From positions 1 to 64,000 of IMG/VR virus record IMGVR_UViG_2788500220_000008: DNA of 64,000 nucleotides, one strand, 5' to 3'. Source of the stretch: an uncultured virus (IMG/VR IMGVR_UViG_2788500220_000008). Lineage: Duplodnaviria; Heunggongvirae; Uroviricota; Caudoviricetes. Both the position numbers and the translations under genes were made by a program. Shown piece by piece: positions 47,914 to 56,328 of the stretch (the first letter of the stretch is position 1; the number at the start of each line of letters is the position of its first letter). The notes under the pieces are model-generated. The model was not told the DNA's origin, made no database searches, and saw only the letters and a program-made list of their open reading frames with translations.

Positions 47914-50218
47914 AGATAAAGTATTTTATACTGCATTTCACAAATGCGCAACTACATCTCTAGCCTACTTCTTTCATGATCTAGGATATAGAGTTTGCGA
48001 CCATGGAGTTTTTCAGCCAAGCGCCCCGAAGAACTTTAAGGGTATATGCTCCGGGGATTACAGTAGAATGATTGCAGCTGCAGAGGAAAACGATGCATTC
48101 ACGGACTCCCCATGGTTTCTTTTCTATGAACTATTTGATAACTTATATGATAATGCAAAATTCATTCATGCGATCCGGGATCCTGAATCTTGGTACAAAA
48201 GTTGCCTCAAATACTTTAAGGACTCTCCTGCTGCCCCTATAGACAAATTTATATACGGAAATGATGTCGCAGCTTCAGTCGAAAACAACAAAACTCTTTG
48301 GATTGAAAGGTACTTAAGGCATAATCAAGAAGTCTTGGATTATTTCAAAGGAAGGGACAACTTTTTATTAATAGATTTTTTTAATAAAGAAGGAGTTGAA
48401 GACGAAATTTGCAACTTCCTTGGTATAAACCGAGGGAATGCAAGTATTCCAAGAGCAAACCAAACCAAACCCCTTTCGCCAACCCCTTCCCTAAAGGGAG
48501 TTCAAGGAAGGGTTCAAAATAAGCAAAAAAGGTTCGCAATCTGTCAATTAGGTGACAAAAAATACATGTCAAAATGGACAGAGTGCATAAGTACTGTATC
48601 TGACTACTGCAAAAAGTATCAATACGATCATATTCTTCTCGAAGAATCGATAGATAGTTGTGACCCAACATATCAAAAGCCTAAGTTTCTTCTGAGGCAT
48701 ATTGATAAATATGACTACGTAATGTGGCTTGATGCGGANGTGGTAATTGCCAACGATGCGGTAAGGCTAGAATCCTTTGTTGATGGATATCCAGACAAAG
48801 ACCTTATCGCTTGCGAAGACCCCGGAGGATGGTCGCTCAATGCAGGGGCGCTTATCTTTAGGAATTCCCCATCAACAATAGATCTCCTTGAGACGTGGTG
48901 GAGCTATCGAGATACTGGATTTCACGGAGAGGACTGGAGAACTAAACGAGAGGGTATTGGGCTTGCGCACGACCAAAGCACTCTTATAGCCTTATTGGGG
49001 GCCGATGAATGGCTGGGGCGGTGCGATCCAGAGGTGTACGAAAAAAGAATCTCAAGAGATAGGTACCATATATATTCGCTAAAAGAAAATAAATTCAACA
49101 CTCATCCAAAGCTTTATTCCCCCGGAGATTTCCTTATTCATTTTATGGGGTACTCTTCCGACAGGGTCGTCCCTCACATTTCTATTTGGCATGATGACTA
49201 TAAACAGCGATTTGAGCCAAAGATAAACTGGCTATTCCTCTCGTACCTATGTTCTAAATTGACTCCAGATGGATATGGAGACCACAATCATTTAGACCCA
49301 TCGGAAGCTCTTTCTTCTGCGCTGAAGCCTCTAGGAATAGACTTTGAGACCTCTCTCCGCAAAAAGCTAAAAGACAACAAAAAGCTTGAAGACCAGTGGT
49401 GGGCTACTGGCAGAGAAAAAATAATAGATAATTTCTGCAGTTCTATAAGGCCGGGCAATAGGGCGCTCTTTTCCTTAATCTCCGAAGATGTAAGCCCCTC
49501 CTCGTATCTCGTCGAAAAAGAATCTATGGATATAGTTCGAATAAATGGATCGAGCGATCTTGCTATCTTGACGATGCATGATGAAAAGACGAGGAAGCAC
49601 GGAGTTGAATCAGAGAATAACATCNTAAGCTACGCGAATGAACATGGCTTTGCTGCGTATTCCTCTAGATCTAACCCCTTTCCCGCCATTCATTCATGTT
49701 GGGCAAAATGGAAGATTATGGAGAAATTCCTTGACAGCCATGAGTATTTAGTATGGATGGATGCAGATACTTTAATAGTAGACTCAGAATGGTCTATAAA
49801 AAGTATAATCGAAACCCATGAAGACTTTGATATCTTGCCTGCGAACGATCTAGATACCAGCGTCTTTGTGGTTAAATGCACTGACAAAGGAAAAGATGTA
49901 GTCAGGAAAATGTGCTCTTATATAGATGAAGCATCCCCTGATGACCTTTCCCTTAATTCGCATATCCATTCATTAAATGATGATCATCGACAAGCCTTCA
50001 GGGAGAAAAAGGCAGATAGGATATTTAGTATCACTCTCGGAGATTCCGATGCAAATGTCAAGCCATATGGTTCAATATACCTTGGCAATATAGATCGCGT
50101 TATGTGCTCTCAAGCTCATTCATATTCAAAGGCTTGGGCTATTCACTTCTCTCATTTCTTCGACGAAGAGAAGTTCGTATTGATGAAAAATTTCAATAAA
50201 ATTATCTCAGAGGACTAG
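47906..50218 (+). CDS. Sulfotransferase-family domain fused to two GT34 (GMA12/MNN10-like) glycosyltransferase domains
   Basis: N-terminal HKCATTSL..DSPW..AKFIHAIRDPESWYKS (PAPS-binding pattern). Middle YDYVMWLDAxVVI..LNAGALIFRN..DQSTL..DFLIHFMG. C-terminal WAKWKI..EYLVWMDADTLI. Confidence 0.75.
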   Translation: MNKDKVFYTAFHKCATTSLAYFFHDLGYRVCDHGVFQPSAPKNFKGICSGDYSRMIAAAEENDAFTDSPWFLFYELFDNLYDNAKFIHAIRDPESWYKSCLKYFKDSPAAPIDKFIYGNDVAASVENNKTLWIERYLRHNQEVLDYFKGRDNFLLIDFFNKEGVEDEICNFLGINRGNASIPRANQTKPLSPTPSLKGVQGRVQNKQKRFAICQLGDKKYMSKWTECISTVSDYCKKYQYDHILLEESIDSCDPTYQKPKFLLRHIDKYDYVMWLDAXVVIANDAVRLESFVDGYPDKDLIACEDPGGWSLNAGALIFRNSPSTIDLLETWWSYRDTGFHGEDWRTKREGIGLAHDQSTLIALLGADEWLGRCDPEVYEKRISRDRYHIYSLKENKFNTHPKLYSPGDFLIHFMGYSSDRVVPHISIWHDDYKQRFEPKINWLFLSYLCSKLTPDGYGDHNHLDPSEALSSALKPLGIDFETSLRKKLKDNKKLEDQWWATGREKIIDNFCSSIRPGNRALFSLISEDVSPSSYLVEKESMDIVRINGSSDLAILTMHDEKTRKHGVESENNIXSYANEHGFAAYSSRSNPFPAIHSCWAKWKIMEKFLDSHEYLVWMDADTLIVDSEWSIKSIIETHEDFDILPANDLDTSVFVVKCTDKGKDVVRKMCSYIDEASPDDLSLNSHIHSLNDDHRQAFREKKADRIFSITLGDSDANVKPYGSIYLGNIDRVMCSQAHSYSKAWAIHFSHFFDEEKFVLMKNFNKIISED

Positions 50219-50222
50219 AAAA

Positions 50223-50232
50223 GTGTATATAA
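50223..50232 (+). promoter_or_regulatory. Putative phage late promoter
   Basis: GTGTATATAA in an 18-bp gap, 4 nt before ATG 50237. Confidence 0.6.
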
Positions 50233-50236
50233 CGGT

Positions 50237-50950
50237 ATGGCTAAGCAATTCAAAGCAGACACCATTCGCGTTAGTGACAATATAACACTAAGCGCAGCCG
50301 CCGGCGATCTTAAAGTCGGTGACAACCCAATCAATAGCATTCGTAGGAGTGCTGTTAAACTCAACAAGTCGCACATCGACTTGCAAACGAGCAACCGCAG
50401 AAGTGCTGTTAAACTCAACAAGTCGCANATCGACCTGCAAACGAGCNNNCGCANAAGTGCTGTTAANCTCAACAAGTCGCATATCGACCTGCAAACGAGC
50501 TATCGTNGCAGTGCCGTAAAGCTNAACAAGTCGCANATCGACNTGCAAACNAGCAANCGNNGNAGTGCNGTNAAACTCAACAAGTCGCATATCGACCTGC
50601 AAACGAGCTATCGTCGCAGCGCCGTAAAGCTTAACAAGTCGCACATCGACTTGCAAACAAGCCTTCGTCGNAGCGCCGTTAAGTCCCTCGATAACGAGGT
50701 TATGGCAGGAAACGTTGCAGTTGACGCAGGCTCGGAAACCAAGACATTCGCCCACGGAATGAGCGGTACTCCAAATATCGTAGCGAGCTTGTCTTCAAGC
50801 TCTGCCAACGCGCAGATCTATGCTATGCAGCAAACCAACGTTGGAGAGACAAACGTAACGTTTGTCTTCTCGGAAGGTCTTGCCGCAAACGATACTGCTG
50901 ATGCTCCGCAGACTTGGACAATTAAGTGGATGGGCATAGTCGACGGATAA
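50237..50950 (+). CDS. Coiled-coil repeat fibre-like protein with C-terminal beta domain
   Basis: Six-plus 18-aa repeats RRSAVKLNKSHIDLQTSx, and a C-terminal domain resembling that of 45248-45709. Has its own GTGTA motif upstream and a strong terminator downstream. Confidence 0.65.
   Translation: MAKQFKADTIRVSDNITLSAAAGDLKVGDNPINSIRRSAVKLNKSHIDLQTSNRRSAVKLNKSXIDLQTSXRXSAVXLNKSHIDLQTSYRXSAVKXNKSXIDXQXSXXXSXXKLNKSHIDLQTSYRRSAVKLNKSHIDLQTSLRXSAVKSLDNEVMAGNVAVDAGSETKTFAHGMSGTPNIVASLSSSSANAQIYAMQQTNVGETNVTFVFSEGLAANDTADAPQTWTIKWMGIVDG
50342..50683 (+). repeat. 54-bp coding tandem repeat, 6 full copies + 18 bp
   Basis: Unit cgtaggagtgctgttaaactcaacaagtcgcacatcgacttgcaaacgagcaac repeated without spacers, with many N bases in the central copies. 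Confidence 0.95.
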
Positions 50951-50991
50951 TCCGTTGATTCCATTCATTGCTTAAATATTTTGAAATACAG

Positions 50992-51020
50992 GGGGGTGAC
51001 TTCGGTCACCCCCTTTTTTT
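50992..51020 (+). terminator. Rho-independent terminator
   Basis: GGGGGTGAC-TTCG-GTCACCCCC perfect 9-bp stem with cUUCGg tetraloop, followed by T7. Confidence 0.92.
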
Positions 51021-51042
51021 GTCTGTAAATAATATCTCGCGA

Positions 51043-51056
51043 GTGTACTATATAAT
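51043..51056 (+). promoter_or_regulatory. Putative phage late promoter
   Basis: GTGTACTATATAAT just after a terminator and abutting ATG 51057. Confidence 0.6.
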
Positions 51057-51743
51057 ATGTCTGATGATCCATTTGAAGCTTTTAAAAAGTGGCGCAATCT
51101 AAACCCTTTATCCAAGGACTTGAGGCCGCAAAGAGGTAAATCTAAACCTAAGAGCGATCCTCATACTAATGATTACAAATCAAAGCTTTTCAAGAAGCTA
51201 AAGCACCGCTCTAAGTATATCAATATGGAATACGAGGAAACAAAGGAGATATTTGAAAAGGCTCGACAAGAGTGCTTAAGCACAATTATGGTATTTTGCG
51301 AAGAGAACCCCGACCGAGAGAGCCCTTTAAGGACTGAAGAGAAGAAGAAGAAAGAAGTCNCCGAAGAAAAAAAAGAGATGTTTCAATCTGAGGAGATTAA
51401 AAGCGTCTATAGGCAAGTAGTATCTCAAACTCACCCCGATAAGCTCGGAAATGAGTCGAAAGAATTTACAGACGAGATGACTGAGTTATATATGGCCGCC
51501 ATAGAGGCCAAGGAGCAGTGTGATTTCCATGTTCTCATGGATGTCGCTACCGACCTACGTATCGAGGCAGACGACCTCTCTATGGCTCAGCTAGAGTTCC
51601 TAGAGAAAGAAATAGACGAAAAGGAAAAAAAGATAAAGAAAATGCGAAAAGACTTTATGTGGCAATGGTATCATGCGAATACCAAGCGCAGACAAAAGCT
51701 CATCGAGATGATCTGTCCGCCTAATAAGTCCCAGTCGGAATAA
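51057..51743 (+). CDS. J-domain (DnaJ-like) protein
   Basis: IKSVYRQVVSQTHPDKLG..ELYMAAIEAKE: HPD tripeptide in a helical J-domain context. Confidence 0.7.
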   Translation: MSDDPFEAFKKWRNLNPLSKDLRPQRGKSKPKSDPHTNDYKSKLFKKLKHRSKYINMEYEETKEIFEKARQECLSTIMVFCEENPDRESPLRTEEKKKKEVXEEKKEMFQSEEIKSVYRQVVSQTHPDKLGNESKEFTDEMTELYMAAIEAKEQCDFHVLMDVATDLRIEADDLSMAQLEFLEKEIDEKEKKIKKMRKDFMWQWYHANTKRRQKLIEMICPPNKSQSE

Positions 51744-52284
51744 GTGCAGTCTCGTCTCCCGCCACCTGAAGCGGCATGGCTTGATACATATTGTAAGACC
51801 TAACTAATTGATCTAGCAGCTCTTTGGCATCTAACGCTTGATTCCTCAGGGCCTTGGCTCCCTCTATGCCTCCCCCTCTTTGACTGCCAGTAGAACTTCT
51901 CTTTATGACGGTGTCCCCCTCTTGAATAGAAACCCAATCCCCAGCAGCTATTGCAGAGCCTGCAGACGTTGACGAAGTGGTTGCCGTTGAGGCGGCCATT
52001 TTTCTAGATTCTTTTGTGTAGTAATCGCGAAGGTATATCTGAACCAGTATTGCCTTTTCTTCAGCTTTTATAGGCGGGCAAAAGTCAGCTTGAGAATCAA
52101 CACCAAACGAAGTGTGTAGCAATACGTTCATCTGCCCGACGTTAGTAGACAGGTATCCAGATATTGTAGACTTTAAGGCTGCCCTTTGCGCTACCGCTGC
52201 ATCCCACGATGCAGCCTCGCCAGTAACATAGTCGAGTTCGACATTTATAATGTGCTCGGAAAGTTCGTCTATGTCGCTAGGCAT
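51721..52284 (-). CDS. Putative head completion/neck (head-tail connector) protein
   Basis: 187 aa, two genes downstream of the major capsid gene; helical with a WVSIQEGDTVIKR hairpin. Assignment mostly from position. Confidence 0.45.
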   Translation of the reverse strand: MPSDIDELSEHIINVELDYVTGEAASWDAAVAQRAALKSTISGYLSTNVGQMNVLLHTSFGVDSQADFCPPIKAEEKAILVQIYLRDYYTKESRKMAASTATTSSTSAGSAIAAGDWVSIQEGDTVIKRSSTGSQRGGGIEGAKALRNQALDAKELLDQLVRSYNMYQAMPLQVAGDETALIPTGTY

Positions 52285-52289
52285 CGCAC

Positions 52290-52697
52290 TTAAGTCCTAG
52301 ATGTCTTTCTAATAGATTTCGCTACATCTGAATCTGGATCGACTGCGGGCTTCAAGGGCGAGCTCAGAGTTCCAATCTTAGCGGCATGAAAAGCCTTTTT
52401 CAGCTTATTCCTCAGAATAGGCCTAGTGCCGGATGGGAAAACTCCCGCCCTTACTGCCAATGCTTGCATGTCGGTAAGATTCATGCTCGCAATTTTTTCT
52501 TCAAACTCATCCTCATCTTCTGTCTTGAATGGGTTAAGCCTTGAAAGCCCCACCGCTTTTTCCAGTCTTTTAATCTCCGCAACCTTCTCTTCTTTAGTCT
52601 GGTATGCGGTATGATCCTTTCCGTCCGCGAACTGCATAGGCTTTTTCTTAGTCGATTTGCGTTTTGCAGTAGTCTTCTTTGTGGGTTTGTTTGCCAT
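52290..52697 (-). CDS. Small basic protein with SAP/HeH-like helical motif
   Basis: ATG 52697 (MANKPTKK) is preceded by AGGAG/AAGGA. The longer ORF-track start is the GTG of the promoter motif. MNLTDMQALAVRAGV.PSG.R..LRNKL resembles a helix-extension-helix. Confidence 0.55.
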   Translation of the reverse strand: MANKPTKKTTAKRKSTKKKPMQFADGKDHTAYQTKEEKVAEIKRLEKAVGLSRLNPFKTEDEDEFEEKIASMNLTDMQALAVRAGVFPSGTRPILRNKLKKAFHAAKIGTLSSPLKPAVDPDSDVAKSIRKTSRT

Positions 52698-52718
52698 AAT
52701 TTCCTTACTCCTTTTTCT

Positions 52719-52736
52719 ATTATACCCTATATACAC
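52719..52736 (-). promoter_or_regulatory. Putative phage late promoter
   Basis: Minus strand GTGTATATAGGGTATAAT directly after the MCP terminator U-tract. Confidence 0.6.
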
Positions 52737-52767
52737 AAAAAATCCACTCGTAATGAGCGGATTTTTT
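52737..52767 (-). terminator. Rho-independent terminator after the major capsid gene
   Basis: Minus strand AAAAAATCCGCTC-ATTAC-GAGTGGATTTTTT. The one non-Watson-Crick pair is a G-U wobble only on the minus strand. Confidence 0.8.
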
Positions 52768-52792
52768 GCGAAAGAATGATATTTGAGAGAGC

Positions 52793-53953
52793 CTATGAGG
52801 CTGCGTCAACCACCATACCGTACAGAACTCGGTTGTCGAGAATCATGCGGCCCTCTTCAAGCGACCCGTAGTAGCCGACCTTTTGCTGACGACTCACGAA
52901 TTGGTCATCGGGAACCAAGGAAAGCTCGGACCCATTATCAGCGTCGGTTGCGACGGCACGGACCATCATGTCTGCACGACTGCGGTCAATACCGAGAATG
53001 AAATCATCGGCAGCATTATAACTATAGCCAACAAGAGGCTTGCCTGTGGCCTTTACGCCTGTTGCGCCATTNGGAAGCAGATCNNTCCAAACCTTGGTGT
53101 ACTTAGCANCCGGACCCAACTCAAGAGTTTCTTGAATGTTAATGCCGTAGAACTCAGGAATTCCGCCGTTGCTGTAGATAGCATCACGCATCGAGTCTGT
53201 GGCAGGAATACCGCCAGCAGAGTTGTCCACCGTAACGGCAGTACCGTCAGCATCGCGAGTGGCAATCGGATTGTAAGCCATTTCACGGAGGTTCTCAACA
53301 ACTTCTGGGGAAACGAGTAGATCTGTGATTCCACCTGCTCCACCTACTGGTGTGCCGCCCGTCCAAGAAGTATGAATACGCTTGGAGAGAGTGAGCATCT
53401 TATTGAAGTCATGAAGAATGACGCGACCGGGCTGTGTGTTCTTAAGCGTATGGAAAACGCCATTGGTTTCGGCGTTGACTTGAGCGGTCAAGATCATGTT
53501 GGCGGAAGTGGTCTCCATCTTAAGGAGCAATTCCTGAGCCATGCGGGTGAATGTTTTACTGAGGACATCCATGCGAGAGCGAGCAACGTACTTCTTGTCG
53601 AAGCTCAAGGCACTGTCCAGACGATATGTCGTGAACTTAAGCTCTTGAGTTGTGGGAGCCACTTGGTTGCTTGGAAGACCGCCGGGAGCGTTCTGACTCC
53701 AAATCTCAATATAATCTTCGTCAGTAATGTCGAAGTAGAGGTCCAGAGGAATGCTTGGATTGTCGTCGGCCGTAAAAGACAGCGTCTTGAACATGTTGCT
53801 CAGCGTCGGAGCTTGCTGGATAACTTCAGCGAGCACCGGAGCGATGAATTCGGCTAAAGCCGCTTGAGCTTCGTAAGCAACGTCCCTGTCCTTGGAGGCC
53901 ATTGCCTTTACTAGTTCGAGCTGTTCTTCGGTTCGTTTTAGTGTGATATTCAT
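52793..53953 (-). CDS. Major capsid protein (probable HK97 fold)
   Basis: ~386 aa from ATG 53953 (MNITLKRT). Order terminase-portal-protease-decoration-this gene-terminator. Motifs DLLVSPE, PEFYGINI, QQKVGYYGSLEEGRMILDNR fit HK97-fold capsid proteins. Confidence 0.85.
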   Translation of the reverse strand: MNITLKRTEEQLELVKAMASKDRDVAYEAQAALAEFIAPVLAEVIQQAPTLSNMFKTLSFTADDNPSIPLDLYFDITDEDYIEIWSQNAPGGLPSNQVAPTTQELKFTTYRLDSALSFDKKYVARSRMDVLSKTFTRMAQELLLKMETTSANMILTAQVNAETNGVFHTLKNTQPGRVILHDFNKMLTLSKRIHTSWTGGTPVGGAGGITDLLVSPEVVENLREMAYNPIATRDADGTAVTVDNSAGGIPATDSMRDAIYSNGGIPEFYGINIQETLELGPXAKYTKVWXDLLXNGATGVKATGKPLVGYSYNAADDFILGIDRSRADMMVRAVATDADNGSELSLVPDDQFVSRQQKVGYYGSLEEGRMILDNRVLYGMVVDAAS

Positions 53954-53989
53954 TGTTTGGTGATCCCTATAAGTTAAAAGATTCTGCAA

Positions 53990-54664
53990 TTATAGTTCTA
54001 GCTTCAAAAGGAAGACTGTACCGGCGTGCACATCTACATTAGATGGTCCTTGTGCGGCGCGAGAGCCAACTGCAAGAACTGTTCCGACGGCGGCACCGCC
54101 CTCGGAGGAGCTATTAAAGAGGAGCTTGCCTTCGGGGTCTCCTGCAAGGTAGGCAATTTGGCCAGCTGCAGGAACTAAATTGGCGGCGGTGGCGGCGGTA
54201 GATCCGTCTTTTTTCTTGGTTCCAATCGCTCTTGAGTCAAGCATGAAGATTCCCTTCGTTGCGATGGGAACGGCTTGCCCGGGAGAAAGCGCGTGATACT
54301 CATCCTTTTTGACGGGATAGCGGAGAAGATTCTCTCCGTTCTCGTCGAACTTGGCAGTTTGACGAAGAGTCATGCCGAGAACCGCGTCTGACTTTTCAGC
54401 AGCCTCAACCTTGAGGGGAACCTCAGGGTATTTGTTGTATCCCAGATGAGGAATCGTGTGATTACCCATCATGTAGTTGCTGATGCCATCTTCGTATCCT
54501 ACAGGGCTCGCGTCGAGGTCTCCTGCGGTCACAGTCACAAATGCTCCTGCATCCCCTTCTCCGGAGTCGTTGAGCTTGTCGTTAACGTCGGCGTTAGCGA
54601 GCGCGAATAGGTTGATGACGTCGTGTTCGTCGTAATCTCTGAATGGTAGAAGTCGAATAGCCAT
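53990..54664 (-). CDS. Putative capsid decoration/cement protein
   Basis: 224 aa between protease/scaffold and MCP; beta-tulip-like pattern (AVLGMTL..GQAVPIATKGIF..AVGTVL). Confidence 0.6.
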   Translation of the reverse strand: MAIRLLPFRDYDEHDVINLFALANADVNDKLNDSGEGDAGAFVTVTAGDLDASPVGYEDGISNYMMGNHTIPHLGYNKYPEVPLKVEAAEKSDAVLGMTLRQTAKFDENGENLLRYPVKKDEYHALSPGQAVPIATKGIFMLDSRAIGTKKKDGSTAATAANLVPAAGQIAYLAGDPEGKLLFNSSSEGGAAVGTVLAVGSRAAQGPSNVDVHAGTVFLLKLEL

Positions 54665-54668
54665 TGTA

Positions 54669-56285
54669 TTAGTAGTTTACTGTTACGTGTTCTTTAGTGA
54701 ACGCTTGTTTAAATTTTTGTTTGAGTGTTAGGTCTTCTTCTGAAGATTCTGCATTGTTGTTTGCGACAGCTTCGCCAGTTTCTTCTGCATTTTCCAATGC
54801 GGTGTCCACGACTTGCTCTTCGCTTTCCTCGGAAGTCTCTTCCTGAGATGCGTTGGAAATCTCAGCAAGTCGCTTTTCGACCTCCTGATCAATCTTTTCC
54901 TTAAGTGATTCCTCCTGCTTGGCTATTTGCTCTTTACTCTTGTGAGCCCATACTACGGCAAGTTTGGCCTGATACTCGGTAAAGGCCTCTTCGGATTCAT
55001 CGAGCGACTTAACTTCGGAAGCAAGAATCTGCCGGTCTTCGTCGTCGAGTTGATAAATTTCGTCTACAGCGGCCATCCGGACTTGAAACCTTTCGGCGGC
55101 TTCACGAACCTTGTTGTCTTCTTCAAGACTAGTAAGTGATTCCTTTGTGTCCTTCAATTCGGATTCGAGATTTGAAACCTTAGCCTCGAATTCAGCTTGC
55201 GCTTTAAGAAGTTCTTCCTTTTCGTTTTTGGCTTGCTCGATTTCTTCGACATATTCTTCGTTCTTTACTTTAATGGCATCACGAAAGATTTGTCCAAGAT
55301 TCGCAACAGCTTCATCCGAAAAGCTTTTCTCAGACTTAACGTCTTTGAGTGCTTTTGTGAATTCTTCGATGAGTTGTGAATTTTCCATAACTTTTCTGGT
55401 GTTTGTTGTTTTTACATGTTCCTGCGAACATTGGGAAATTATTTCTTTATTATTTTTAATTTTTTTTAAAAATTCTAAATTATTTATATTAAAACTTTTA
55501 CAGTCTGCGTAATCCTCCTCTTCTTCCTGACTCTCATGTGCGCCTATTTTTTCTACGTGTACGCCTTGAACATCTGCGGCCGGATTGGTTGTAAAGCCGA
55601 TTCCCAAAGGATATACTTCCCCAGACAGTAATCTATAGACAGGTACGCCATCATCAGNTTCTCCAGCCCCTTCATTAGCTCTTAAATATTTTGAGTATTC
55701 CTCAATTTTTTTCTCATCTGTAATGATTTCTGCATTAGATAAGTCCTTGTCTCCCAGTGCAATAATATAATCATTGAACCCAACCTCCCAGCTTGCGGAG
55801 ATGTATTCGTTGTAGTTTTCCGGGTTGTCCGCCATCATTGCGAGCATCTGGGCGAAGGGTCCTCCAGCCATCTTATATAATACTGCGGCCAAGGAAATAT
55901 TGAATGGGGTGATGGTTCCTGCGACTTCAGCCTTCGACAAGAGCCTATTATCGCCAAAGGTAGAAAATGAACTTGATACAATATGCCCTACTATATTGTC
56001 CCTTTCATGCTCTACATTCGTAGGCTTATGAATAAAGTAATCCCCCACCGCAAGAGCAGTCTCTGTATCTATGCCGTCTCCATTTTTATTAAACCTATTT
56101 ACCACGGCAGCGTTAAAGGCTACCGCAACTAAGTCTAAATTCTGCTCAAGATCAATGTCTTCAGGTATTAAGGGTCTCAATGACTGCAGAGACGCCTCGG
56201 TGATATTCATAGACGGGTCATCGATAGATGACGACGCAGTTATTTCCCCGGTGAATTTGGTCTTATACTTGAAAGGTCTTTTCAT
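54669..56285 (-). CDS. Prohead protease fused to coiled-coil scaffold
   Basis: N-terminal NKNGD..HKPTNVEH..IVGHI..ISASWEVGF..GIGFTTNPAA (candidate His/Ser catalytic residues); acidic coiled-coil C-terminal half; position between portal and capsid genes. Confidence 0.8.
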   Translation of the reverse strand: MKRPFKYKTKFTGEITASSSIDDPSMNITEASLQSLRPLIPEDIDLEQNLDLVAVAFNAAVVNRFNKNGDGIDTETALAVGDYFIHKPTNVEHERDNIVGHIVSSSFSTFGDNRLLSKAEVAGTITPFNISLAAVLYKMAGGPFAQMLAMMADNPENYNEYISASWEVGFNDYIIALGDKDLSNAEIITDEKKIEEYSKYLRANEGAGEXDDGVPVYRLLSGEVYPLGIGFTTNPAADVQGVHVEKIGAHESQEEEEDYADCKSFNINNLEFLKKIKNNKEIISQCSQEHVKTTNTRKVMENSQLIEEFTKALKDVKSEKSFSDEAVANLGQIFRDAIKVKNEEYVEEIEQAKNEKEELLKAQAEFEAKVSNLESELKDTKESLTSLEEDNKVREAAERFQVRMAAVDEIYQLDDEDRQILASEVKSLDESEEAFTEYQAKLAVVWAHKSKEQIAKQEESLKEKIDQEVEKRLAEISNASQEETSEESEEQVVDTALENAEETGEAVANNNAESSEEDLTLKQKFKQAFTKEHVTVNY

Positions 56286-56291
56286 GTATTT

Positions 56292-56304
56292 TAATATTAT
56301 ACAC
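56292..56304 (-). promoter_or_regulatory. Putative phage late promoter for protease/capsid genes
   Basis: Minus strand CTTTCCGTGTATAATATTA ahead of ATG 56285; nearly the same as the portal upstream site. Confidence 0.65.
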
Positions 56305-56328
56305 GGAAAGATCTGAAATTACACAAGT

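Noticed and set aside
45710..50218. Bacterial chromosomal polysaccharide locus or prophage boundary
   Set aside because: Genes are tightly coupled to phage fibre genes on both sides, with no integrase, att site, transporter or housekeeping gene in the window.
50342..50683. CRISPR array
   Set aside because: Repeats are contiguous 54-bp units with no unique spacers, keep frame within an ORF, and no cas genes are present.
50215..50808. Overlapping ORFs across the 54-bp repeat
   Set aside because: Open only because the repeat unit lacks stops in those frames; only 50237-50950 has a promoter motif, unique flanking domains and a terminator.
52698..53989. ORF-track starts at 52736 and 53989 (also 29783, 63672, 21778)
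   Set aside because: These non-ATG or upstream extensions run through promoter/intergenic sequence or the previous gene; downstream starts fit RBS or stop-start coupling better.
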